A stretch of DNA of 64,000 nucleotides. Source: Somniosus microcephalus. Taxonomy: Eukaryota. Positions 50,090 to 62,116 of the stretch are shown here, one piece after another; position 1 is the stretch's first letter, and every line of letters starts with the position of its first letter. The stretch is from the NCBI GenBank assembly GCA_052327205.1, contig CM126220.1, positions 44,454,001 to 44,518,000 of the forward strand. Direction: 5' to 3'. Below the pieces are notes generated by a model that ran no database searches, was not told where the DNA came from, and saw only the letters and a list, made by a program, of their open reading frames with translations. Made by a program: the position numbers and the translations under genes.

Positions 50090-50280
50090 ACCGGCCGCCG
50101 AACCAAAACCCGCTCACCGCCCCGCCTCCTGGGCGCTCATTGGCAGTCTGATGGCAGAGGCGACCCTTTCTAACCGCTAATTGGTCATCACACATGGCAA
50201 TCATATTTTTAAGCCAATGAGGGACAGCAACGTAACCAGCGCTCAGCCAGTCGGCACTGTGCAACGTGTTAATTACTGGG
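50090..50280 (-). promoter_or_regulatory. FICD promoter: GC box, three CCAAT boxes, ERSE-like element
   Basis: ccgccccgcc near 50118; attgg near 50139 and 50180; CCAAT-N9-CAACG at 50214-50232. Confidence 0.55.
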
Positions 50281-50454
50281 CCACATCAACAATGGGCTGG
50301 GCCAGATGAAGGGCGTTCATTAGAAAACGGAATACCAGCTCTCGCCACCTAAATAACTAGAACTTCATTAAAAAAATACTTTTCCCCTCCACTGAAAATC
50401 CCCAGCCCTGTTGAGACTTGTGTTGGGAGTACTTTTTCTCCTACATAATACTTT

Positions 50455-51780
50455 AGTCAGGCTAAATGGGTCATTTTCAGGTTGGCTAACTAGTCGGGCG
50501 CCACAGGGATCAGTGCTGGGGCCCCAACTGTTTACAATCTATATTAATGACTTGGATAAAAGGGACCGCGTGTAATGTAGCCACATTTGCTGATGATAAC
50601 AAAGATAGGTGGGAAAACATGTTGTGAAAAGGACACAAAGAATCTGCAAAGGAATATAGACAGGTTAAGTGAGTGGGCAAAAATGTGGCAGATGGAGTAT
50701 AATGTGGGAAAATGTGAGGTTAGCCACTTTGGTAGGAAAAATAAAGCAAATTATTATTTAAATGGAGAGAGACTACACAATGCTGCGGTACAGAGGGATC
50801 TAGGGGTCCTTGTACATGAAACACAAAAAGTTAGCATGCAGGTACAGCAAGTAATTAGGAAGGCAAATGGAATATTGGCCTTTATTGCAAGGGGGATAGA
50901 GTATAAAAGTAGGGACGTCTTGCTGCAACCATTTAGGTAAGCCATTTAGGACAGAGATGAGTGGAATTTCTTCACCCAGAGAGTGGTGAACCTGTGGAAT
51001 TCTCTACCACAGAAGGCAGTTGAGGCCAATTCATTAAATATATTCAAGAAAGAGTTAGATATATTTCTTAAGGCTAAAGGGATCAAGGGATATGGGGAGA
51101 AGGCAGGGATAGGGTACTGAGTTTGGATGATCAGCCATGATCTCGTTGAATGGCGGAGCAGGCTCGAGGGGCCGAATGGCCTACGCCTGCTCCTAATTTC
51201 TATGTAACTGTACAGGGCATTGGCGAGACCACACCTGGAGTACTGCGTACAGTTTTGGTCTCCTTATTTAAGGAGGGATATACTTGCATTGGAGGCAGTT
51301 CAGAGAAGGTTCACTAGGTTAATTCCTGAGATGAAGGGGTTGTCTTATGAAGAAAGGTTGAGCCTATACTCATTGGAGTTTAGAAGAATGAGAGGTGATC
51401 TTATTGAAACGTTTAAAATTCTGAGGGGGCTTGACAGGGTAGATGCAGAGAGGATATTTCTCCTTGTGGGAGAATCTAAAATTAGGGGGCATAGTTTCAG
51501 AATAAGGGGTCGCCCATTTAAAACAGAGGTGAGGAGGAATTTCTTCTCAGAGGGTCGTGAATCATTGGAATTCTCTACCCCAGAGAGCTGTGGAAGCTGG
51601 GTCAATGAATATATTTAAGGTGGTGATAGACAGATTTTTGAACGATAAGGGAGTTCAAGGGTTATGGGGAGGGCAGGGAAGTAGAGCTGAGGCCAAGACC
51701 AGATGTGCCATGATCTTATCTAATGGCGGAGCAGGCTCGAGGGGCCAAATGGCCTACTCCTGCTCCTATTTCTTATGTAC
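50455..51780 (+). mobile_element. CR1 RT 3' portion with a nested younger CR1 3' end (about 50929-51205)
   Basis: [30 protein letters not shown] [insert] LYRALARPHLEYCVQFWSP. Confidence 0.85.
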
Positions 51781-53594
51781 TTTAAGACGTGTACACTACT
51801 CCATGCTATGCAAGAAGACTACAGTTAAAGCACACAAAAACGAGCTCCGTGAATTTACCTAGTGAGCACTTGAGCTTACAGAGCAGGAAACCTGGCAGCT
51901 GGCACTTGTCCAAGTCAAGCTACTGGAAGCTGTCCACTCACCAGCAGCAGAAGCAGCCAGCCATACTACAGCGACTCAGGAACCATCTCCTAGCTAGAGG
52001 GTAGGGAAGAGTTAAGGACCCTGACCTGCCGAAAAAAAATTGAAAAACAGACCAAAAAATATTGCTGAAATTATTACTGATTACCAAAGATACTGGAAAC
52101 AAGTGGACTATCATGAAGCAGAAATTGCACAGATAGAACATCCGCTTATAAAGCTAGAAAAAGGTACGTCAAAGCAAGGCTATGGGCACATGGTTGGAAA
52201 AATTAAGTCTTTTTTCGCTTCCACCTAGTCCACACTGGCACCCTGTTCCTTCTCCCAGGCTGGTGCCATATCCTCCCAGTGCAGTTCCTAGATTTTCTCT
52301 CTATCTGCCCCTTGAGCAGTTTGCAGTATTCAACCCATTAACCCTACAGGCTGAAACTAATGCATCAATATGGTTTTTCCAGGAAAGTTGAAAGACATAG
52401 CATGATATGGTGAGAATGGCAAAAATAGGTCTGCACAGGCTTTGCTGAATTTTGCAATGCAAGCCCTTTCCTTTAATTGCTATGTATTCTCTATGCATTC
52501 AAAATAGGCATAGGGAGGCAGGCTTGTAAGTGATTGGGTAAAAGGTGCAAAATTGGACGAAGCAGCAGCTCTTAAAAGAGTTGCTAATCACATGTAAAGG
52601 AGAGTGGACAGGTTCGCTAATTAACCTGAAGCAGTAACAATTCTATATGGAGATGTGTATATAGGGGCTAATTTCTGCATGGAAGTGCACCGCCACAAGC
52701 TTTGTCCTGGGGCAGAGGGGGCATCCCGGTATTTTGAAGGTTCACTCATTTCCACGATTCAGGCATACTTCTGGCAAAAGTCCTGCTTTCCCACGTCACC
52801 TACATCCCAACAACAAATAAAAAAACTTGATATTATTACAAATTTTGTTTGATTGCCTGAATGGCTCAAGAGGAGCCAAGCTACTTTCAAATAGACTGTT
52901 TGATTTGTTCACTCATATGTATGACAGTCACTTATTTTCAAATATGGTTGACAGGTATTGAAATCCTGTTATTGTTTTCAGTGATACTTAAGGAGCTGTA
53001 GCTGTTTAAATATTGGAATCTATTAGAAATTCTCAATAGAATAGTCTGAGCCACTATCAGTTCTCTTAGTGGTAAAATATACAAGCTCTGTATATGTTTA
53101 TTCCACAAAAGAATAGTTTAGAATTAGATGATGATGTTTTACTGTTTTCTTTTCATGGAACTAGTTATTTGTTCATATTTTGTTAAATAAATTTGCTTAA
53201 TTTAAACAAAACATTTGAAATTGTTAGGCACTATTGCTCCTCAGCACAGGAGATCTCTCCTTTGGAAGCATAGGATAATTGTAGCTGGAAAGTTATTCTG
53301 TTCATTATCCTGGGCATGTTACAAAAAGCTTACTAGATATCAAGGTTAATGTGAACATTTGAGCACCTAGGGAGTTGGGGCCCATCGATGAGTGATTTAG
53401 AATTCTGAAGTTGGAAAAATCTAGAGCAAGTGTAGAAAGATCCAAAAAATAGAATGGCACGCCCAGCACTGATTGGGCCACATCCTGTGTGTGTAGAGGT
53501 GCATGCTATCTAGCCTAGAAGTGCAGCTGCTGTGTTTTAATGGGGCATCTGCACTCTGTGGTGGTGGAGTTCACAATTTGGTTATGGATCTTTC

Positions 53595-53840
53595 ATGATG
53601 TCCCAGGAGACTGCAAGGGAGGAGGGAGAACTTTTCAGATATGGCCTTCAAAGTAAATGTCAGAAACATCAGGAGAGTGATAGGCATGTAATCTTTGGGC
53701 TGGAGGGAAATTCTCCTCAGAAAGCAGCTGTCCAAGCTGCTTGGGATAAGATGGCAGAGCAGGTCAACATGGTGTCTGCGGTCAGAAGGCTGTTACCCTA
53801 GATGTACAAGTTCCACATCTTGACTAGGTTTGCTAAGGTA
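53595..53840 (+). pseudogene. Decayed Myb/SANT-like exon, Harbinger-derived
   Basis: RHVIFGLEGNSPQKAAVQAAWDKMAEQVNMVSAVRRLLP*MYKFHILTRFAK followed by GTAAGT. Confidence 0.55.
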
Positions 53841-54534
53841 AGTGCTGAAGTTATCTTTTTCCACTGTTCTGGTATGGCATACCATGGCACGAGTGCAAAT
53901 TTTCACCTCCACCAGCTGCATACTCACAAGGGATGATTGCTGATTTTTAGGGAACCATTTGGCCCATGTAATTCAACGCTCCCAGGCCACTACATACCAG
54001 TCTTCCCCGACATATACCTCCATCTGTTCAGAAATATTAGGATAAGTACCAAAATTAAAACAAACCTACTTTATGCTTAGAAATATAATAGTTCCAACAT
54101 TTTCTGTAAAAACTGGTAAAGATTATAACTGGTTTTAAAGTACCGACATAGAAAACTTCATGGGTGAATCCTATGAAATATTATAGATTGGTAAGTTACT
54201 GCATCCTATTGGTCCTATTTGCTGAGTATGCAACAAGGGGCAAATGTCCACATTCCTTAAACAATTTTGTTAGTGGAGTCTTATACATTAATCAGCTTTT
54301 CATCTCCAGTCCACAAGAAACATGCTGGAATATTCATAATGAAAATATATATTGGTCATATTTCTTGGTAATCAACTCTCAATTTCACAAGGAGCTTGAC
54401 ATGATTATTATGTTCCAAAAGTTAATTCTACAACTTTTATTTTGGTCAGTTGGATGTCCGTCATGAGCTTTGCCATGTATTAGAGTCTCCAAGTGAAACT
54501 ACTGAGAAATACACATAGGTAGAGTTTCTGCAAT

Positions 54535-54735
54535 AGCAAAATACTTGCGGATGCTGGAAATCTGAAACAACAACAGAAAGTGCTGGAAACACTCAGCAGA
54601 TCAGGCAGCATCGAGGAGAGAGAAACAGGGTCAACGTTTCGGGTCGCAGACAAAGGGTTCAACCTGAAACATTGACTCTGTTTCTCCTCGATGTTACCTG
54701 ACCGGCTAAGTGTTTCCAGCACTTTCTGTTGTTAT
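54535..54735. repeat. Palindromic repeat, same family as 2486-2714
   Basis: aacagaaagtgctggaaacactcagc ... gctaagtgtttccagcactttctgtt. Confidence 0.75.
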
Positions 54736-57700
54736 CTAGGTAGAGTTTCTGTTTGCCCAATATGGAGTGCACACTCCCTATAGGGACACACCACACCCAT
54801 AAGTTGACCAGAGCAAAGACATAGATGCCCAGGAGTACTAGTGGAGTTTAACCAGTTAAACTGTGCAGCTTACCACATAGCACTGGTAAGCTTCCACTTA
54901 TCTGTAGCAGTATATGGAGAATTTCAGCAACAAGTCTACCGTTCTGTTCCATTTGTGGGTCTAGACTTGTTTGTTAAGCATTGACAGTGTCCTGGAGTAC
55001 TGTTGACCTGCCTAGATCAGGTATCACATTACCAAGTCTGCCACAGAAGGTTGTCTTGATTCATAATGTTCATTGATAGGCATGTCATCTTGAAACCAGC
55101 TCGACCCCATAAAGACATTGTTAACCGACCCTTCCCAAGTCATTATTCAAATCGGCAAGCATGGTTCGGAGTCCTTGATAGGCAGAGTGGTATTGAGGAG
55201 CACCTCACAATGAGCATAGTATAATCAGCATAAGAGGTGTAAAATCTCTCAGCATGGGCCTCATTACACATCAACACAAAGTGTACTGAAATTTGTTGTA
55301 TTCAAAAGTAAAAAGGTTACCATAAAGTTCATATTATATGTTTTTTCCTAAAATAAATGCAGTAGAGTGATCTTAAGGCAGAAATCCTGCTGTAAGAATG
55401 CTGATAAATCAATCAAGATTCATTACTTGATGTGCAAGTATCACAGATACACATTTGAAGATTGTGGGTAGCAACACGAGGCCAAAATAGCAGTACTAGT
55501 GGTGCACGTACTTTCTATATCATTCTGATGGCCAAGTGAAAATAAGAATCCTTAAGATAAGATAGTTACAAACTTGGCCCGTGGACCAAATACCTTGATT
55601 ACTGTAGCCAAGAATTGCTTATGCAGTTTTGAAATGGGGAGAGCCAATTGTGGACAGTATAAATAATCTTCATCCCTCTAAGTGCATGAATATTATGAAG
55701 GATTTGAAGCAGCCAATGTTCTCCACTTGTCTCCAAATGTATCATCACTAAAACAGTCAATTCAAAGCAGGCAGTAAATCATTACATAATCACTTTGTTA
55801 ATCCAAAAAGCTAAGTGATAATCCTCTTCAGCCTAGTCTAAAATAAAGCAGCAATTAAAAAAAACCAGACTCTTCAAATTTGAGATAAAACACCATATAT
55901 GAAAATGACAAATTTATTTAGATTTAAATAAATCATTCTGAGGCTACAGAAGAGTATATGCTATGAAAGCTTACAAACAGGTAAGCACTACATTTTCCAC
56001 ACCCAGCTTTGTGGCATCATTTCTTAAAGCAATTAAAGTCTGGCTTTAAGTGTTACTTTACAAATTCCACTTGAGTGTACAATCAGAAGTATCTACCATT
56101 ACCACTGAAGGATAACAGTCACTTAAACAAAGGATATGTGGAAAAAAACAGATCAGACTGTTCAAAATAAGTTTAGCAGCATTTTAACTTTAGTTCCAAA
56201 CCCCAGAGGATGTTACTTTGTGTATTCAACACATTCAACTCGTGTGAAATCAAGCACCAGGATGAGGTGGATTCTTAATTTCAAGTCCAACATGAAAAAA
56301 CTACAGATTGTAAGTAAAGATGGCATTATATTAACAAAGCAACTAATGTACTGATAAAGTGCAGTCTCTCATATCACTGAAACAGCTTTTAACATGAATT
56401 CTGTGTGGTTAGTCATATTACTTGGAAAGTCCTACTGTGGTGTGGCAGGCTTATAATATGGAATTTTTAGTCACTTTTTTAAAATGCACAAATGATTCCA
56501 GAATAAATCAAAAGCACAGCTCTGGTAAAATGCCTAGCTGCAATTTGCATTAATACAGTTGGAACTGTTATTTTCTGTTTGTTACAAACATCAGTTGCTG
56601 TTATGTCCCGAAAATGGACCATTCATGCCTCTTGGTGGTGGGGAAAATGTGGCTGATACAAAGATATTTTGCAATCCAAATTGTGCTGCAATGATTGTTG
56701 ATCTACAACTGAAGAATTAAAAAAAAAAATAGGAGACGGGGAAAGAGCTTGCATAAAATGCACTAAATGATTACCTCACAGCTCATCATTCTTAATGACC
56801 CAACTATGAGGTTAAATTTCAAAGTCAAGTGGGGAAAAAAAGCACTTGGTGTTTTTACCTGTATATCCAACTGGCCCACATTTTTTTTTATTAAACACTG
56901 CTCATCTATTAATAACAAAGTAACAAAATTGGTAAGAGTTAGCATAAGCTCCATACAAATGCTAAACTTTTAATTTTCTTTACATCCTTGAAAAATGCCT
57001 ACAGCACTTGCTGCTTTTTAAAATAAAATTGGAAAAAACATCTCTATTCACGGTGGGGCAAGGAGCACTTATGTCTTTTAGGAAAGAGTGCTATATAGCT
57101 AGCAACAGCATTCTGTCCTCTTTATATACAAAGAGAAAAATAAAAAAGTGCTTGCATGAAAATAAAATGAAATGACAAGTAAATGTCAAAATATGTATTT
57201 AAAACACAATCCCAGAAACCCGTATCATAACCAATGGCACCTATCCAGAACTTCTCATTTCTTGACCTCCTAACCTTCATTCGCATTTCAGAATCACTGC
57301 AGAAAAAGGTTAATCCACCAAGCTCAAAAGAAATCCTGTTCCAAATAGTAGATAAAAATGTTTGAGCTTACAATACATTGTGTAAACAAAGTTTAAAATA
57401 TCTCATTCCTTCAGTGCCCATTAGTTTAATGTAAATTCATTTTGCTGTAACTATAGGGCATTTATAATACTTTCTGTACATGCCAAAAACTCAATTTATT
57501 TTGTAAATAAAAAGGAACATAATTAACACTGATCTATTTTAAGATTTTACATATTCAATTAAGCATGTAGAGGGAGTAGTGTTGATGCAACTGTCCAACA
57601 AAATTTGCTTACCACTTCTGCAAGTCTAAGGCCTTTGGTTAATACAGTAATATACTGCACTGCCCACTCTATTCCAATCACCACAAGCCACCATAAATAA

Positions 57701-57879
57701 ACTTCCAAACAGCTTTAAGTTACTCTATCCAAATATGTCTCCATCCACCACATCCTGTTAGAACTTCCAAGCAATACTGTGCATTCAGTCCTATTGCAAG
57801 TGCACAGTAACCCAGAGTGCTTGGCTTCTTGTATACCGTCCCATAAATGTGCGTGTTTGTGGGAGGAAAGGCATTGCCT

Positions 57880-58051
57880 TTAGTTTGACGTAGCTGCAAT
57901 GGGTTTGTCCAGTTCTAGCTCCAGCGTGGACCCATTGGGCTGAAGGCTGCTGTAGCAGGATTTACAGACACGACTCGGCTCAAAAAGCTGCTGACTCGGC
58001 ACTGGGATCTTCTGGTTGCAACAACTTGAGCAAAACACATTCCCACAATTC
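57880..58051 (-). CDS. MTMR3: MTMR3 last coding exon (C-terminal half of the FYVE domain)
   Basis: (R)NCGNVFCSSCCNQKIPVPSQQLFEPSRVCKSCYSSLQ...LELDKPIAATSN* matches the MTMR3 C-terminus; AG acceptor at 58052-58053. Confidence 0.93.
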
Positions 58052-60412
58052 CTTTGAAGGAACAAATAGGCAGATTGTTAATTAAACTCTTGTTTCATCT
58101 ATTTACAGTCAACTTGTCAAAAGTATAGGGTTATTTCACAGATAAACATTAACCAAGTCCAGCTCCTAAAAATAAAGGGTTTAGCTATTGAACAATAATT
58201 AGTGACTTTGCATGCTCAAGCTTTAAAGTTGCCAAACACTTGCACTAAAAGAAAAATGAATACAAAAGTAAACGGTTTCTTGAGTAAAACGGTGATCCTC
58301 TCTTCCAAACTTCCAAAGGAGTTATTCAGTAAAGTACATAAAGCTCAGTGTTTAACTATTCCTCTTCTGAGGATTCTGAAAATATCTCTATGGTAAAGCT
58401 GTTACACTCAGCAGATAGACCAAACCCAAATTTTAAATATTTCCTTTTTAATAACTGTTAAAATTGAGCTAATCCCAGATAGGGAAGGCATTATTTCTGT
58501 TCCTAACTATTGCTTCTCCCATTACTGTGAATAGTTCTCAGGCCAGAGGGGTATGCATTCACTTATTTATTATACTGGGTTGCCTTTATTTTTTTTCTTG
58601 TTGAGAAATCAGGCTAAATTATACAGCCAAATTTCAAAGTGAAGCTCATGTAGGACATTAATTTTACTTCCTGAAGGAGGTTGTGTGATTACTACTGGTT
58701 ATGCTAGAAACAGAGTAAGCGCACTTAGCCAGAACAAAATGCAATTAGCTGATACAAATAAGTAAGCAGAAGTGTGCCTAATGAGAAGAAACAGAAGGGA
58801 AACATTCATAGGAATTAGATGCGAGTAAAAAAGGACTAATTTAATAAAGGGAAGTGATTTCACCACAGGGATTTAGTTTCCTTAAATTTAAGCAAAATAT
58901 GATCAAATATTTTATTTCAATATCATTTTCTATATGGAATAAAGTTCCAATATCAGATGTGTCCTGGATGCATCAAGCAACCCAGGAATAATATTCAACA
59001 ATGCAAAACCTGTGAATGAAATTAACAGTTCAGACCAGAACTTAGATCTGGTCCAGTAACTGGTACAATCAATAGTGAAGTCAATGAGTTTACTCCCAAA
59101 AGGCAAAGTCCAAATATACTCCAGTTCATGAGTATTGGAAATAGAATGATTGTGGATTACAAACATCGGCTTTTCATGAATAGCTGGTGATCAATCACTG
59201 GATAAAGCAGTCTGTCATAAGGTAGCATTTTGTAACTTCAACTGGCAAATTAAAGATCAGAGTTTTTAATTTCAGAGATCTTTCCCACCCTGCAACTGAA
59301 GTGAAACCTACAGTTTTCCAAAGCTTCTTTTAATTTATAGGGGGCAAAAAATTGAACTTCAAAAGTACAATTGCGTATAATTTGGTAAAATGTTTTAACC
59401 ATTCATTTTTGAAGTAGTTTTCAATTTAAATCACTGTATACACCTTGCACATCCTTTACATTAGATGAGCCACACCATTTTTATGTAGAAAAGGTACAAA
59501 TAGCTGACATGGTTTGCAATACATTTAAGAAATTAGGTCCAAAGTTTTCACTACATAAGATACTGGGTGGTTAAACACTAAAATCCAATTAATGGGTCAG
59601 TTGGTAAAATTTAAAATCACACTACAATTGTTTTAACGTCAATGATTGTATGTCAGTTATTTGATTACATTGTATGCAATAAAAAGGTAAAAGTCACGCT
59701 ACTACAACCAACAACTAAAACATCTATTTAGAAGGTTAACATGCAGCCCACCAACATCCATCAGCCTTTTTTTTTTAATATATAGAAAGTTGAAAGGATA
59801 AACCTTTCAAAGCCAGTCATGAGGATAAGGCAGATAAAAGATATTTTCCTGTTGGTAACCAGGATATTATAGCTTCTTAATTAGATCACAACACTGTGAA
59901 AAAGTGCAAGGAAATTACATATTAAAGAATAAACCACCACATTCATATTTATATATGGATAAACCAAGGTTTAATAACTGCAATGCCATACAGAAGAAAG
60001 ACCCTGCATGGCACAACCTTGGTTGTTAAGCGGATTCAAAGCATAATGTGATGAAATGTCAAAATATTATATATATGTGTTGTAAACTTAAAACAGAAAG
60101 AAATTGAAAAAGTTTCATTTAATATGATTAAATGTCTGCAATGGGCAGGGGTGATAAATCCAGGTATGTCAATCTGTTTTCTGTTCAGCAAATTGCATAA
60201 TTTTAAGCTGAGGCGATGGCTCATAAATGCCCGGATAACCCATCAAATTGGGCACAGTTCTTTTTTGAACTTCTAATTAATTTGAATTTAATCAACGTAT
60301 GATCTCAAATTGCTTGGGATGTTCAGCTTATAAGGCACGAGTAAATGTTTTTAAGTCAACATCACCAGGAAATGAAGACAAAGAGACAGAGAAGACTGTT
60401 GAAAATGCTCAC

Positions 60413-60439
60413 CATGTGTCATCAACAGGCTCCCTGTCC
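60413..60439 (-). CDS. MTMR3: MTMR3 27-nt microexon within the FYVE domain (probably alternative)
   Basis: Minus strand ttttttccgtcttgcag|GGACAGGGAGCCTGTTGATGACACATG|gtgagc; in phase 2 it reads (R)DREPVDDT(W) ahead of NCGNVFC. Confidence 0.8.
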
Positions 60440-61045
60440 CTGCAAGACGGAAAAAACAGCTCAGAGGGAAACTAACTAAGGAAAAGGTGCAAATCAGCAG
60501 GGCAACAGCGAGGGAATACAAACAAATGAAAAACAATATGCTGCAACTTTACAATGAGTGAAGCATATTGGAAATAATATCAATTACCAATAATATCAAT
60601 CTTAAAAGAGGAAGCTAACTCTATTTAGACAAAAAACCTCAAACAGAAGCAACACTCAGAAAAATCCCTTTCCAAAAGATTATTTGTATAACGTTCACTC
60701 TAAAAAGTAGTCAGTGTGTCATGGAAGGAACGTAAGCAACCATCTTGCATTTATATAGTGCCTTTAATGTAGAAACCATCCCAGGGTCCTTTACAGAGGA
60801 ATACATGGGCACTGAGCCAAAGTGGGGGAGTCAGATGATTGAAATCCAGGCTTTGTAAAGGTGTTTAAAGGCAGGGAGAGGGGAAGTGAAGTGAAGGGGA
60901 GCTCCAGAGAGCAGGGCTGAGATAGCTTGAAGTTGTGCTAACAAAGGGGGATGGAAAAATCACAGGAGGCCAGAGTTAGAGGAACAAAGGGCTTGTGACA
61001 GACTATAAGGGTGGAGGAAGTCAGAGGTAGGGTGTGGCAAGGTCA

Positions 61046-62116
61046 NNNNNNNNNNNNNNNNNNNNNNNNNNNNNNNNNNNNNNNNNNNNNNNNNNNNNNN
61101 NNNNNNNNNNNNNNNNNNNNNNNNNNNNNNNNNNNNNNNNNNNNNNNNNNNNNNNNNNNNNNNNNNNNNNNNNNNNNNNNNNNNNNNNNNNNNNNNNNNN
61201 NNNNNNNNNNNNNNNNNNNNNNNNNNNNNNNNNNNNNNNNNNNNNNNNNNNNNNNNNNNNNNNNNNNNNNNNNNNNNNNNNNNNNNNNNNNNNNNNNNNN
61301 NNNNNNNNNNNNNNNNNNNNNNNNNNNNNNNNNNNNNNNNNNNNNNNNNNNNNNNNNNNNNNNNNNNNNNNNNNNNNNNNNNNNNNNNNNNNNNNNNNNN
61401 NNNNNNNNNNNNNNNNNNNNNNNNNNNNNNNNNNNNNNNNNNNNNNNNNNNNNNNNNNNNNNNNNNNNNNNNNNNNNNNNNNNNNNNNNNNNNNNNNNNN
61501 NNNNNNNNNNNNNNNNNNGGGGGAGGGGAGAGGGAGGGAGGGGGGGAGAGGGAGGGGGGAGGGAGGAAGGGGGGGGGGAAGGTGAGGGAGGGAGAGGGAG
61601 GGAGGGGGAGAGGGGGNNNNNNNNNNNNNNNNNNNNNNNNNNNNNNNNNNNNNNNNNNNNNNNNNNNNNNNNNNNNNNNNNNNNNNNNNNNNNNNNNNNN
61701 NNNNNNNNNNNNNNNNNNNNNNNNNNNNNNNNNNNNNNNNNNNNNNNNNNNNNNNNNNNNNNNNNNNNNNNNNNNNNNNNNNNNNNNNNNNNNNNNNNNN
61801 NNNNNNNNNNNNNNNNNNNNNNNNNNNNNNNNNNNNNNNNNNNNNNNNNNNNNNNNNNNNNNNNNNNNNNNNNNNNNNNNNNNNNNNNNNNNNNNNNNNN
61901 NNNNNNNNNNNNNNNNNNNNNNNNNNNNNNNNNNNNNNNNNNNNNNNNNNNNNNNNNNNNNNNNNNNNNNNNNNNNNNNNNNNNNNNNNNNNNNNNNNNN
62001 NNNNNNNNNNNNNNNNNNNNNNNNNNNNNNNNNNNNNNNNNNNNNNNNNNNNNNNNNNNNNNNNNNNNNNNNNNNNNNNNNNNNNNNNNNNNNNNNNNNN
62101 NNNNNNNNNNNNNNNN
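61046..62116. other. Two assembly gaps (61046-61518 and 61617-62116) around a 98-bp G/A-rich island
   Basis: N runs with low-complexity purine sequence at 61519-61616. Confidence 0.98.

Noticed and set aside
51789-52228. Short ORFs with protein-like composition
   Set aside because: Interrupted, with no recognisable domain or clear splice structure; probably a decayed repeat.
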